DNA from: Tubiluchus corallicola | Lineage: Eukaryota > Animalia > Priapulida | DNA length: 64,000 bases | Assembly: GCA_030141605.1 (NCBI GenBank) | Contig: JAQGDQ010000374.1 | Coordinates: 126,830 to 190,829, forward strand | Reading direction: 5' to 3' | Shown: one piece after another, positions 25,826 through 40,260 of the stretch | Numbering within the stretch: position 1 is the first letter of the stretch | How the letters are laid out: every line of letters begins with the position of its first letter | Translations under genes and position numbers: made by a program | The notes under the pieces: model-generated | Told to the model about the DNA's origin: nothing | The model's database searches: none | What the model saw: the letters and a program-made list of their open reading frames with translations, nothing else

Positions 25826-27443
25826 TTCAAGTTCAACTACCAGAGTTCAAGTTCAACTATCAGAGTTCAAGTTCAACTACCAGAGTTCAAGTTCAACTAC
25901 CAGAGTTCAAGTTCAACTACCAGAGTTCAAGTTCAACTATCAGAGTTCAAGTTCAACTACCAGAGTTCAAGTTCAACTACCAGAGTTCAAGTTCAACTAT
26001 CAGAGTTCAAGTTCAACTACCAGAGTTCAAGTTCAACTATCAGAGTTCAAGTTCAACTACCAGAGTTCAAGTTCAACTACCAAAATTCAAGTTCAACTAT
26101 CAGAGTTCAAGTTCACCTACCAAAGTTCAAGTTTAACTACCAAAGTTCAAGTTCAACTACCAGAGTTCAAGTTCAACTATCAGAGTTCAAGTTCAACTAT
26201 CAGAGTTCAAGTTCAACTATCAGAGTTCAAGTTCAACTATCAGAGTTCAAGTTCAACTACCAGAGTTCAAGTTCAACTATCAGAGTTCAAGTTCAACTAC
26301 CAGAGTTCAAGTTCAACTATCAGAGTTCAAGTTCACCTACCAAAGTTCAAGTTTAACTATCAGAGTTCAAGTTCAACTACCAGAGTTCAAGTTCAACTAT
26401 CAGAGTTCAAGTTCAACTACCAGAGTTCAAGTTCAACTATCAGAGTTCAAGCTCAACTACCAGAGTTCAAGTTCAACTACCAAAATTCAAGTTCAACTAT
26501 CAGAGTTCAAGTTCACCTACCAAAGTTCAAGTTTAACTACCAAAGTTCAAGTTCAACTACCAGAGTTCAAGTTCAACTATCAGAGTTCAAGTTCAACTAT
26601 CAGAGTTCAAGTTCAACTATCAGAGTTCAAGTTCAACTACCAGAGTTCAAGTTCAACTACCAGAGTTCAAGTTCAACTACCAGAGTTCAAGTTCAACTAT
26701 CAGAGTTCAAGTTCAACTATCAGAGTTCAAGTTCAACTATCAGAGTTCAAGTTCAACTACCAGAGTTCAAGTTCAACTATCAGAGTTCAAGTTCAACTAC
26801 CAGAGTTCAAGTTCAACTATCAGAGTTCAAGTTCAACTATCAGAGTTCAAGTTCAACTATCAGAGTTCAAGTTCAACTATCAGAGTTCAAGTTCAACTAT
26901 CAGAGTTCAAGTTCAACTACCAGAGTTCAAGTTCAACTATCAGAGTTCAAGTTCAACTACCAGAGTTCAAGTTCAACTATCAGAGTTCAAGTTCACCTAC
27001 CAAAGTTCAAGTTTAACTACCAAAGTTCAAGTTCAACTATCAGAGTTCAAGTTCAACTACCAGAGTTCAAGTTCAACTATCAGAGTTCAAGTTCAACTAT
27101 CAGAGTTCAAGTTCAACTACCAAAATTCAAGTTCAACTACCAGAGTTCAAGTTCACCTACCAAAGTTCAAGTTTAACTACCAAAGTTTAAGTTCACCTAC
27201 CAAAGTTCAAGTTCAACTACCAGAGTTCAAGTTCAACTATCAGAGTTCAAGTTCAACTACCAGAGTTCAAGTTCAACTATCAGAGTTCAAGTTCAACTAT
27301 CAGAGTTCAAGTTCAACTACCAAAATTCAAGTTCAACTACCAGAGTTCAAGTTCACCTACCAAAGTTCAAGTTTAACTACCAAAGTTCAAGTTCACCTAC
27401 CAAAGTTCAAGTTCAACTACCAAAGTTCAAGTTCACCTACCAA
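25826..27443. repeat. 20-bp minisatellite, ~80 copies, inside a probable hAT-like element beginning AAGGGATGGGACGAATTCG at 25708
   Basis: Unit CAGAGTTCAAGTTCAACTA(C/T). The flanks carry the same GTTCA/TGAAC motifs (25725-25830, 27680-27735). Confidence 0.95.
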
Positions 27444-28740
27444 ACTAGAAATAAGAAAAAAATGAAAAAAATCTGTTAGGTGCTGCAAGATCTTCAGGCA
27501 GAGTTGCCGTTTTGTTCCTAACCAATTAATCCAAATTTAGCTTGTACGAAAAATAGCCAAAATAAGCTAAATTCGTAAGGCATTTTTCAGTATCTTAGTT
27601 AAATAACTACGTTAATAGATTTACATATTTAATTCACTAGTAGCTCATTTAGGTATTTTGTTATTCAAAATGGCGCCACTTCGAATTTGAACTTCACTAA
27701 AATCCGATTGCGAATTTGAACTTTTAAGTTCATTTTGGCTGGTAGCATCTTGAACCAACAACACGAATTTTATTATTATATTGTGTTTCATACAGATTTG
27801 ACATGTCACTGATGACTGTTACCCAATAACATCAACTGGACAAAGCTGGACTTGTCCACTCTTCTTGACTTCATTGGAGGACGTGAGTCTTGCTAATGTT
27901 AGTTTCTTCGTTTTCTAGGGCGGTGAAAGGTCAGTTTCCGTAGCGGGGGCGTCTAAATCTGCAGGACCTACGACTTATGTAAGTAAAGTAGATTTTTGAG
28001 TTTACTAAAAACTAGTGCAGCATCTGAGTATAACCATTTTATACGAGGATGTATCTGCAGTAAATAGCTATACAACAATAAATTAGTGACGTTTATTATC
28101 TGTTTAATAAATTTCAAGAGCCACCAATAAAACAAACATATTCAGGTTGATAACTATATAATTATAGAAATATTTTGATTGATCACTTTCTCATTAACCT
28201 CCGTGCTACGTGTTTTTATTTATTTTTTATGCAGTTTAGCATTCTGCGACCAGCACTAAATAGTGTAGCATACGCGATTCCTAACTCAGAAGTATCTATT
28301 TCATCTCTTATGGCGCGTATGAAATACATAAGTTAACATTGTTTTTCCTTTTATTACTGTTATATGCACTTCAAAACATGCGACGGTTTGTAAGAATAAC
28401 ACGCGTTTGTTGTTTTCGTTTTTGAGTTAACAAATAAAAGTCGCGTATTTTAGCAAATACTACGAATTCGCGCAGCAGCTGCTTAACTGGTTACGCGTCA
28501 TAATGACAGAAACCGCAGCTGATGGGTTAAAAAGAAAAACACTTACGTAGAAAAGATCATCATTTCAATAGAGTGGTTTAAAGTGTATTACACGTATTTT
28601 GTGTTCGAATAAGAACGTATGTAACATGGACAACGAAGTGATTTTTCACAAACGCGCGTGGAGAAGATGGTCTGACACTATTTCAGAAATTGCAACAGTT
28701 CTAAAGGTTCGAGTAAATAAAATCATGTGCTATTTATTCG

Positions 28741-29680
<940 letters not shown>

Positions 29681-29900
29681 TTTGTTAATTTTTGTGACAT
29701 ATTGCTAATAAGCCAAATTATTAACTAATTTAAAACTATAAAATTTGAAGCCAAATAGAGATAAACAATTAATAAAAGTTGTAACTGCAATAATATGATT
29801 TGTAGCGGTCTGCAAACTGTAACTACAGGTCGATCCACATTATGGTGTTTAACACTACGAGACTATCAGTCGCTGTTTGGTATACATTTCCTCCTCCTCC

Positions 29901-30575
29901 TACAGTGTTATTCTAATGTTCTATTGTGTGACTTTTGTGTGTGCTAGATGACTTGTTACAGTGTTATTCTAATGTTCTATTCTGTGACTTTTGTGTGTGC
30001 TAGATGACTTGTTACAGTGTTATTCTAATGTTCTATCTTGTGACTTTTGTGTGTGCTAGATGACTTGTTACAGTGTTATTCTAGTGTTCTATTCTGTGAC
30101 TTTTGTGTGTGCTAGATGACTTGTTACAGTGTTATTCTAGTGTTCTATTCTGTGACTTTTGTATGTGCTAGATGACTTGTTACAGTGTTATTCTAGTGTT
30201 CTATTCTGTGACTTTTGTGTGTGCTAGATGACTTGTTACAGTATTATTCTAGTGTTCTATTCTGTGACTTTTGTGTGTGCTAGATGACTTGTTACAGTGT
30301 TATTCTTATGTTCTATTCTGTGACTTTTGTGTGTGCTAGATGACTTGTTACAGTGTTATTCTAGTGTTCTATTCTGTGACTTTTGTGTGTGCTAGATGAC
30401 TTGTTACAGTGTTATTCTAGTGTTCTATTCTGTGACTTTTGTGTGTGCCAGATGACTTGTTACAGTGTTATTCTAGTGTTCTATTTTATGACTTTTGTGT
30501 GTGCTAGATGACTTGTTACAGTGTTATTCTAGGTTCTATTCTGTGACTTTTGTGTGTGCTAGATGACTTGTTACA
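29901..30575. repeat. 56-bp minisatellite, 12 copies
   Basis: Unit ACAGTGTTATTCTAGTGTTCTATTCTGTGACTTTTGTGTGTGCTAGATGACTTGTT. Confidence 0.96.
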
Positions 30576-31162
30576 AGAAGTACTTGCAGTTAGTTCATAA
30601 ACAATGCATTATTAATTAAGGTACACTCGTAATTAAGAAAATTTCATCAGTTAAGTAATTAATTACATTAAAAAACAACTATACGGAATTTAAAAGCTGG
30701 CATGCTGACCGTCTGACTCCCGAGAGCCGAGTCAACTCGAATTCAGTCCAATACAAAGACGATCTATACTTAAAATGAACATTTTCCACGCTTTCTCATT
30801 ACTTATTACTCGTTACGAACGCATTAGTCGCTACTCGTTTTTCAGAAAATGAACTAAAACAGTATTAAGCCTAATAAAGGAAATTAGCTTTCTATAATAA
30901 TAGCATGATTTTATAAGTAATATATGCAACTCCATCGTTAATCTTCATTTTTATAAATCAAAGTTATGAATGCGAATCATTAATCATTTTCAATATCTTC
31001 TTCGTGCTGTTTTATCTCGCGTCTTCTGCGTCCTTTCTGAGGATTTAAGTATACGAATTACTAAGGTTACTAATTAAGTTAGTAAGCTAATGCTAACCCA
31101 ACTCAGAGTAATCTAAATTAAGTAGTAACCTTAGCATGTCGTATACTTAAATTCTCAGAAAA

Positions 31163-31173
31163 GTGTGTGTGTG

Positions 31174-31205
<32 letters not shown>

Positions 31206-31253
31206 TGCGTGCGTGTGTGTGTGTGTGTGTGTGCGTGCGCGTGCGTGCGTGCG
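31163..31253. repeat. (GT)n/(GCGT)n microsatellite
   Basis: Direct inspection. Confidence 0.95.
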
Positions 31254-31430
31254 CTTGCCTGAGGACATGAAAGCGTGTGTATTAGAAGAGAGAAAAATAA
31301 TGTGTGTAGTTTTATCATAGTGCAATGTGTGTTTCTTTTATACTTGAATTTCTAGTTGCACATATAGATTAGTCTGCTTTTTTATTATGATGGTCAATGT
31401 TTTTAAAAAGGCAATAAAGAAAAAAGATTA

Positions 31431-31680
<250 letters not shown>

Positions 31681-31756
31681 TTAGATTATTAGTGTAATTA
31701 TCTATATTCAAAAAAGCAAAAGCTTCCCTATAAGCACGGCCTAATGATTAGCAATT

Positions 31757-31900
31757 TTCTTCTTCTTCTTCTTCTTCTTCTGTTACTCTAAACATCAATT
31801 GTAGACCTTGAGCCTGTATCCTTTATTAGAGCACTCCACTGTTTCCTGTCTGCAACTAAAATTTCCAACTCCTGTGATGCTATTGTTAAGTTTGGTAAGT
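31757..31900 (-). mobile_element. RTE LINE extreme 3' remnant
   Basis: Translates IASQELEILVADRKQWSALIK (the RTE C-terminal A-DR-W motif), followed by a (GAA)n tail. Confidence 0.6.
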
Positions 31901-31936
31901 ACACAATTAGTAAGTATGGGTAATTTTCAGTATAGG

Positions 31937-33388
31937 GTGACGTATGTAGGTAAAAATGACACGGTAAAAATGACACAGGAAAAATGGCTCATATGTTAGT
32001 TTAGAGTTAGAGTTAATGATGACAATTAATTTAGTTATTTTTACCTCTACCAAGGAAGTTGTGCTTCAACACAGTTTGTTTGTTTGTTTGTTTGTTTGTT
32101 TTTCGTCTGTTATAGCAGCACGCCTATTACGCAACAACAACCTAATAGGTTTCCACGAAATTTTGTGGAGCAAGGCGGGTATACGGCGCCAAAATTGGCC
32201 TTTTTTCGCCCGTTTTTTCGCAAAACTTGACCGAACAATAAACATTTCATGCACGGAGGTCTCAGTCGGAGTGTTTAGTACGTCTCTTTTTTTTGTTGTC
32301 TCCACCTGGACAAGCAACTACGAGTTAGTTCCAGATTCCATTTCGAGAAATTCTCGCTTGAAAAACTGTATAACGCTGTTCTATAACCTTTGCTTATTAA
32401 TGTTGCATAACCTTATAAGGTGCCTTGGTGTCCAAATACGTATATATTTGTCAGTCTATTACCATCGCCAAAATCAATGCTTAAAGAGGTAGATAAACAC
32501 TGTGTGGAACATTCGTGCATTACTGAATATAAATCTATTTAATGAACAAATATTTCGTGACACTTTTCTTAGTCTGTATAAAACTAATACAGGCACATTT
32601 TTGTATTTTGGATGTTTATCTTTGTGCTAAATTTTTTAATCAATATAATCAGTCGAATAAGTTTACGAATGATAGGTTTTGGCAGAGATCTGCTTCCTAC
32701 TGAGCACATTCTAGTTTTATTATAGAAATCAACTGCATTAAAATAACGTTTTTGCTGTTTTTCCTACTTCTCCATTTATGCCATTTTTTCTGTGCCATTT
32801 TTACCTACTTTCCATTTATGCCATTTTACCTGTGCCATTTTTACCTACTTTCCATTTATGCCATTTTACCTGTGCCATTTTTAGCTATTTCCAATTTATG
32901 CGATTTTACCTGTTCCATTTTTAGCTATTTCCAATTTATGCGATTTTTCCTGTGCCATTTTTACCTGTGCCATTTTAGCTACTTTCCATTTGCGCCATTT
33001 TTACCTGTGCCATTTTTACCTACTTTCCATTTATGCGATTTTACCTGTGTCATTTTGACCTACTTTCCATTTATGCCATTTTTCCTGTGCCATTTTGACC
33101 TACCTTCCATTTATGCGATTTGACCTGTGCCATTTTTAGCTACTTTCCATTTGCGCCATTTTTACCTGTGCCATTTTGACCTACCTTCCATTTATGCGAT
33201 TTTACCTGTGTCATTTTGACCTACTTTCCATTTATGCGATTTTACCTGTGCCATTTTTACCTACTTTCCATTTATGCGATTTTACCTGTGCCATTTTGAC
33301 CTACCTTCCATTTATGCGATTTTACCTGTGTCATTTTTAGCTACTTTCCATTTATGCCATTTTTCCTGCCTCAATTTTTCCGCGCACC
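31937..33388. mobile_element. Composite element C, copy 2: GGCAC-repeat MITE with a nested HINE-like (Helentron-associated) element at ~32040-32718
   Basis: Inverted outer ends GGT...GGTAAAAATGACAC and GTGCCATTTTT...CCGCGCACC. The inner unit starts TTTTACCTCTACCAAGGAAGTT, has (GTTT)n and ends TTGGCAGAGATC...CATTCTAGTTTT, with subterminal IR ACCTCTACCAA/TTGGCAGAGAT. The GCCATTTT array is expanded at 32760-33368. Confidence 0.7.
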
Positions 33389-33768
33389 AGATTATAGATA
33401 GAAAGACATAGAATGTCACTCTATGATTATAGTGATTAAATGTCTATTTTTATTGACCGTAATGTAGCTAGTCTTTAGCGATATGTCTCCTGACAGTTGG
33501 CTGGCAACACTGCTTTGACGTAAAATTCACTAAATGTCCACGGCTCCTAAGTAACGTAGATTTCATATGTGTAATTATAAGTGAATAGATTTTCTCTTAA
33601 TGCACTGGTTAGGGCAAAAAAGCAGCTTTAGAAAAGCGTCTTCTGTACTAAACGAATTTGCAGGTTCTTAGTAGGCTTCTATCGTACATCATCTGTCATC
33701 TATAAGCAAATTTGGGAAATGGGACACGTATATAGGAGACCTCGAAGCAGTGATATTTTTCCATTAAA

Positions 33769-33816
33769 GGAAGACCGAATAATTGTTTAGACTCATCTCA
33801 TTTTAGTTTACTGTCC
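33769..33816 (-). mobile_element. Family B terminal fragment
   Basis: TTAAAGGAAGACCGAATAATTGTTTAGACTCATCTCATTTTAGTTTACTGTCC matches the family B end. Confidence 0.65.
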
Positions 33817-34386
33817 CAGGTTTTGAGATATTACGTCTGAAATGTTTAACATCATTATATATTTAAGCGCTGACGATTATTAATCCTGTATATTATAAGC
33901 ATTGCAAGTTCGACTATCATACATCTAGGCTGTATCTCTGGCCTTCATTGCATTTCTGCAGAATTATTCTCAATCTGCGCATGCGTTGTAGCCTTCATTG
34001 CCTACCATGATTTGGTTTATTGAATAAACTATAGAAACCGTGATGATTTCAGCATCGTCCGACACAATTGTACGTATAAATCTTGCTAAAAGGAAATTAG
34101 GTTCTCCCCACGTGATGGTAACGCGCTTTCACTTTTGCAGCAATTTATTGCCACCGCGCATGTCACAAATTTGCACATTTGCGAGTAAGACGAGTGAATC
34201 TCATTTTCTCCGTACCCATAAACGTTTTACAGGGACTGTTAAACTGCAGTAAAACAGAAACTAGGATTACACTAGACTCTTGTGTATGCTATCATTCTTT
34301 GTGTCTTTTACACATTGATAAGAGTAATTTTAAATTAAATTTTTCGTGCTTGGTTTAATGGAATTATCTTCAAAAACTGAATGATA

Positions 34387-34512
34387 CAGGGTGCTCGGAA
34401 AGTGCTGAGCACTTACATATTTATAACAGACATGTTTCAATATAGAATACAGGAGGTAAATATGAATTGCAATTATAAACAATGCTAAAAGTTGCCCCCC
34501 CCCCCGTTAGCA
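34387..34512. mobile_element. Tc1/mariner-like terminal fragment
   Basis: TA|CAGGGTGCTCGGAAAG...GCACTTA is a Tc1/mariner-style terminus after a TA. No partner end was found. Confidence 0.45.
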
Positions 34513-34967
34513 GGAGTTGATCTACATGTAAATAAAATTTGAATATATTCAGAAATATCACAGATATAAAGTTACATAAATGAAAGGTTGACCGATAATG
34601 TTACACAAACGCAGACAGCATTAATTTAAAATTAAACAAAGCTGACTAACACATAACACTAATATAGACTACACTGACAATCTTGATTATATACAGGCCT
34701 AATTTGTTTAACGGAAATTTTAAACACATCTACAGAATCACATGGAGATTACGTTGACAGATACCAAAACAGACATACGAGTCAGCTAATAATGTAAGTT
34801 GAACAAAGCTGGCTTACATACATAATTAGCAAAGGTCTTAATTTCAATTTCATTTGTGATTTAATCATGTTTAATTAGACAGACATTTCATTTCACAGAT
34901 ACTGAATTTCATGGAATAGAGATGACTCGTTGCAACAGAGGCAATGGCAGATAGATTTAAGCTTGTA

Positions 34968-35471
34968 CAGTCATACCTTAATTCGTTCCTAAAAAGTGTT
35001 TGAAAACCGATTTGGTTGAAAACCGAATCATTTATTCCCATAAGAAATAATGTAAAAGCAAATAATTCGTTCTCAAGCACCAAATAAACTGTAAAGTATT
35101 ATTAAAACGAAATATAATAATGCAAAAATGTTTATTCAAGCAGTAGATATGATATTATTGATAAGAAAAACATAATAGAATTACTTTGAAAGAAAAAAAC
35201 ATAATTGTTCCTGCATGAAAAAAACGGGAAAAAATAAGCGTAGAAAGCACTTAGCGATGTTAGGCGATTCAAATGTTGTGCGTGACTACTCTCGGGCATG
35301 GTCGGTTACGCTCGGCTCTACTCCGCTCGACGCGCATGCGTTTATTACGTGTTTGGCGGTTGGTCGAGTACCGAAATTCTGGTCGAGAACGGAAACAATT
35401 TTAGCTCGAATTTTCTGGTCGAAAACCGATTTGTACGAGAACGGAGACGTTCGAAAACGGAGGTATGACTG
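34968..35471. mobile_element. pogo/Tigger-like MITE
   Basis: TA|CAGTCATACCT...AGGTATGACTG|TA gives a perfect 11-bp TIR with TA target duplication. The internal TTCCCATAAGAAATAATGTAAA motif is Tigger-like. Confidence 0.8.
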
Positions 35472-35560
35472 TATTTGTATCATAAAGACGACAGTAACGT
35501 ACAGCGATTGGCAAAGTCATTTCTTAATCTTTGATCAACAAACAATCAAATAGAAGATGA

Positions 35561-36032
35561 TGAACAGTTTGAACGTACGAACAAAACACGGTGTGAACAG
35601 TTTGAACGTACGAACAAAACACGATGTGAACAGTTTGAACGTACGAACAAAACACGATGTGAACAGTTTGAACGTACGAACAAAACACGGTGTGAACAGT
35701 TTGAACGTACGAACAAAACACGATGTGAACAGTTTGAACGTACGAACAAAACACGATGTGAACAGTTTGAACGTACGAACAAAACACGGTGTGAACAGTT
35801 TGAACGTACGAACAAAACACGATGTGAACAGTTTGAACGTACGAACAAAACACGATGTGAACAGTTTGAACGTACGAACAAAACACGATGTGAACAGTTT
35901 GAACGTACGAACAAAACACGGTGTGAACAATTTGAACGTACGAACAAAACACGATGTGAACAGTTTGAACGTACGAACAATACACGGTGTGAACAGTTTG
36001 AACGTACGAACAAAACACGGTGTGAACAGTTT
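35561..36032. repeat. 33-bp minisatellite, ~14 copies
   Basis: Unit TGAACAGTTTGAACGTACGAACAAAACACG(A/G)TG. Confidence 0.96.
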
Positions 36033-36113
36033 AACCATTCCGTCCAAGACGTGTGCGAAAAACGCACAAATTACACGGCACGTACGTCTAGGACGTATCG
36101 TGTAAACAGGCCC
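36033..36113. mobile_element. PIF/Harbinger-like MITE right end
   Basis: GTGTAAACAGGCCC|TTA (reverse complement TAA|GGGCCTGTTTACAC) is a Harbinger-type terminus and TWA target. The left end was not found. Confidence 0.5.
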
Positions 36114-37485
36114 TTACATATAATTTCTCCCTGTTTCAATGATCCTACGTTCCACACAATCGAACTATTGAATGAAACATTTCACGATCGCGTTGTCTTT
36201 TTCTATTAATAGCAGTGCTCAGACAAATTCAGCTGATCCGCCCACGCAATCTGTATGTAATACAAAACCGAATCACAAATTAATGATTATAATCCACTTT
36301 CAGCTGTTCTACAATGCCATTACAAGGGCTACAAGGCAGCAATAGTAAAGAAATCATTTCATTCTCATTAGCAGGCGCTATTGAATCAGTCTTGTCTTAG
36401 ACGTCATAGTTGCTGGAGATTCTGAAATGTTCGTCATTGGTTGACTTGTGAGCTTTCATATAATCGACTCTGGTGATGTCACCGAATAAAGCCTTGCCAT
36501 GGCTCTGGGCTGTAATGAACATTCATGAACCTGACTATCTTATTTAGTTAATCAAGCGACCGTACTCGAAAACCTGATCATATTACTGATGCTGTACACG
36601 CATCTATTAATTTCCTGTAATGCTGATGAAGTCATTTTTAAGCTATTGAATCACTAACTGATTCAGTCGATCGTTTTGGTTAGAGTAGTTTCTCCAAAAT
36701 TTCAACAACATTCAGTTCCTAATTGAGTTTTTGGAGTTTGGATTAACATCTATATTGTGACGTCATCCATTGTACTCTGTCTATAACTTTAATTCAGCAA
36801 AAGCTGCTACAGGCTTTGCGTTAGGTAAGTAAACAAACAGTAAGCAGGATGTTACGGGTTTTGTATTATAAATGAGGACTAGGTAGAATGTTCGCGTATT
36901 ATTGATTATACGTGGATTTATACGCAAAATTTTTTGCGGGGCCTTTGCTAGTATATATATTATTTTTAAACAGTAAAAAGTTTTTTTGAATTCAAGGTGT
37001 ATATTTTTCAATTGAAGTAACAAATTTCGTTTGTTAAAAGCAGGTTGCGTTCTTTCATTACACATATAATTTTTTTTCTAACATATTACAAATGTTACTG
37101 CAGCTGTTATTGATTTTCGTCACAATATCATTTCTGCTATTTTAATGCATCATTATTATTAGTATTATTATTATTATTTGTTTTGTCATTTCAATGCACT
37201 GTTCTCCTCAAATTAAACTAGTACGACCTAATTACTTATATTTATTACATAAGTCTCGCGTTGGTGTCACATAATTAACCAAACTAATTAATGTTTGACC
37301 TTCCAAAATTATTCCTAGGTGCAAATTAATTATAATTATATTATAATTAAGTATAATTAAATGACGTTTTATTAATGTGTCACCAAATAGTTGAGTGGGA
37401 TATTTTAATGGCTTTTTACCTTTGAAGTAAAGACAGTGTTATTTAGCCATAATGGCACAGATGCACGCATGTCTACACTGAGAAA

Positions 37486-37869
37486 TGTTGTGTTTTGTTT
37501 CTCTCGGAGGGCTCGTAGAGAAAACCAGAAAACACTTCGTCAAATTAAACTAGTTTATTAAGCGAGAATTCTACAACACAAAAGTTGAAGGAACGCGAAA
37601 TGATTACAATAAACGTGAAAATCTAGAAAACGATTAAGTGTATCTGAAAATACAAGTTAAGAAGAGAATGTGTAAGTGGCGTCCGTGTGAATCAGCGTGT
37701 GTCCCCTCTCAGCGGCCTGCTTCGCCTTATGGTGCCAGGGAACCTTCTAGACGTTAGCTTCTAGAACATTCTACAAGGTAAGACGATTATTCTAACGGAA
37801 CATTCTACAATGTTCTATTTAATTCTAATAGATGCCAGCGATCTGCACAACAAGGGGAACTTCACTACA
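37486..37869 (-). mobile_element. Probable solo LTR (Gypsy-like)
   Basis: Minus strand runs TGTAGTG...CACAACA (TG..CA with 6/7 inverted ends), ~385 bp, with AATAAA at ~37554-37559 near its 3' end. No clear TSD. Confidence 0.55.
37739..37820. promoter_or_regulatory. Heat-shock-element cluster within the putative LTR
   Basis: Perfect three-unit HSE cTTCtaGAAcaTTCt at 37758-37772, plus GAAccTTC (~37740) and GAAcaTTC (~37798). Confidence 0.5.
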
Positions 37870-38207
37870 ACTGTTTTACTGGTGTTTTTGGACGAATTGC
37901 ATTGGACTTCTCTTGTCAACAGCATGTCTATGCTTCAGTATAAGGTTTCAGTTTTCGTTTTCTAATTTTTAGATTTTCGAATATTTTCTTTGTTATGATA
38001 GGGAAAATTGGGATTCTTTTTGCACGATTGTTTCTGGATGAATCCCGGGCTTTACCTCCTCTCCTGACTCTTCTAAGGCTGTTTCTTAAATTTATTCGCT
38101 GAGGTATTTAGACCGATACATGTTCTACTCATCAAATTAGGTCAATCCGTAGCCTTTGTTTACTCTTTCGCGTACTGCTGTTACTATTCATTGAAGCCGC
38201 TTATTAA

Positions 38208-38611
38208 AGGAAAAGTCAAACCTTCTAGGAGATTAGGCTCATTCCAATGTTCGCGAAAAATTATAGGATTTTGTAGTAAAATTGCAATAAGCGCCTCGTG
38301 TAACTAGTAAAATGATTTTAAAATCGCGATAACTTCCTGCTTGGGCGATCCCATTTTCAATGCGCATTCTTCCACCTATGACGTCATTCGTCTTGAAGAA
38401 AAGTAGCCCACTGTCAATCTTCATCAAAATATAAGTTCTTACCAAAAAAATAAATAGCTATTTTTGTAATATTTTTGCGTGAACATTAGGTAAGTATCTT
38501 TTAAGTTTATGCTTTATAGGCAGTTCTTTGCAAATTTATTTGTTAAATTTTTCTAAGTTTAAGTGACAACAGTAAAATGAACCCAACATACTGAGTGCCC
38601 TGTTCTCTCCT
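38208..38611. mobile_element. Possible further TTAA-flanked Kolobok-type MITE
   Basis: TTAA|AGGAAAAG...TTCTCTCCT|TTAA. The TIR match is weak and there is a single copy. Confidence 0.35.
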
Positions 38612-39865
38612 TTAACACGGAGTTAGCATTGCATGATGCTACAGACATTTTTCAAATATAAACCAGCACGTAAGCATGAAAGACTAGCCCTCCTCATGCG
38701 CAGAAAACGTGCGCAATTTACCTTGCCTACATAATTGGAAGTTCTTACCTGCTTACCTTTTTAATTGACAAGTTTGACTGCCGGTGTAAATAGCGAAAAT
38801 TATATTAATAAAGATAACGGACGTAGAATGTACCTTTAACCGTCTCAATCTCTCCCATCTCCCAGTTCATTTAGAAAAGTTCTTTGTGTCAATTTGCAAC
38901 AATGAACTGTCTACAGTCCTGCGTTCACATCCGGCCCTCCTGTCCGTGACATCTTTTGTCATAAATGAGCGTAACCTTTTATCTTGAATGACCATTGGTC
39001 TTTTTGGTCCTGTATAAAAAATACGCAGACAAACAAAGATAAGATCTTGAATCATGTATAGCAGCGTCTTTTCCATCCGTATGTCTCTGGTTGAATTCAT
39101 GAATGGGATTTACGTTGCTAAACAAATGGAAAAGCAGCAAATGTGTGATAAATGAACGAACAAACTAAAGAATGAAGAAACAAGCAAACATACAAACAAA
39201 CAAACTAACTAATAAATAAATAAACAAGAAGAATAAAATATCTGAAGTGATACCTGCACAGTCTCATTGTCCTAAAGTGTAATTGTTGAACAAGTTTTGA
39301 TCCCAGCTGAGACCTCCGGTATCTCACCGAAGACACGAGTGAGCAGAAGTCCTCGAAATCTCCAATGTCGATGACAAAGCGCTAATAGCGGGGGTTAACA
39401 ACTATGCAGTAAAAACTAATCACGTTTAGCCACGGACGTGTACGTGTTTTAACAAGCGTAGATTTGTAATTACGTGATCTGCAGTTCACCTGAAGAAGCC
39501 AAGTATAGAGTTTACCTGAAGAAGCCGAGTATAGACGAAAACGTTTGCAATCGTCTGCATCGTTTACCCTAGCTATAGTTTATTGCACTCAGATCCAGGG
39601 TTCAGTGATAGTTGTGAAGAACGCAATCTTTAGGGTGGCAAGTCAGCATCTTGGAAGACAATTAATCCTCCTGAAAGATTAAACGTGAATAGCATCAGAT
39701 TTGAATTATTAATATTCTCGCGAAGGAATTTGTTAATAGCAAGAAAATGGGGTCAGTTCAGTTTCGTGCGATTTCCAGTAGTTCCTAATACATGTCTGTC
39801 ACTGTTCCATTCACACATATTGTTTACTAGAAGCTAATACGCTTGGTTGCTTACGAGAAGTTATG

Positions 39866-40035
39866 GGAAGACCGGACGATTGTTTAGACTCAATCTCATT
39901 TTAATTTACTGTCCAAAATATACATTTTCTTGACTATAAAAGTTGGCAATTGTTCCTTATATTTGAATAATTAGCTTAGAAAGTTAATTCACGGCAACCG
40001 AACACAGCTATTGCTTACGTCAGAAACTAACCACA
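39866..40035 (-). mobile_element. Family B partial copy
   Basis: GAAGACCGGACGATTGTTTAGACTCAATCTC...CACAGCTATTGCTTACGTCA matches 62707-62875. Confidence 0.8.
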
Positions 40036-40067
40036 GAAACTAACCACAACTAACCTTTAGTGTTAAT

Positions 40068-40260
40068 TTAGCGGAATCTACGACCAGAGGGGAGTATTTC
40101 AAAATATTTACTACCTGGATGAAAATCATCTTTCATGATAACTTGCACTCTCTTTGCAACCCTAGTTTCATACAAATGTGCCATAGATTGGTGTTGAATT
40201 CCTACAGTTTTTGAGACGGATTTAACAATTTGATCAAGAGCATGGCGATATACGAGCACT
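40068..40260 (-). mobile_element. Rex1/Babar-clade LINE C-terminal fragment
   Basis: QIVKSVSKTVG...LYETRV...IMKDDFHP...FEILPSGRRFR contains the HP..F.LLPSGRR.R motif characteristic of Rex1/Babar ORFs. Confidence 0.7.
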
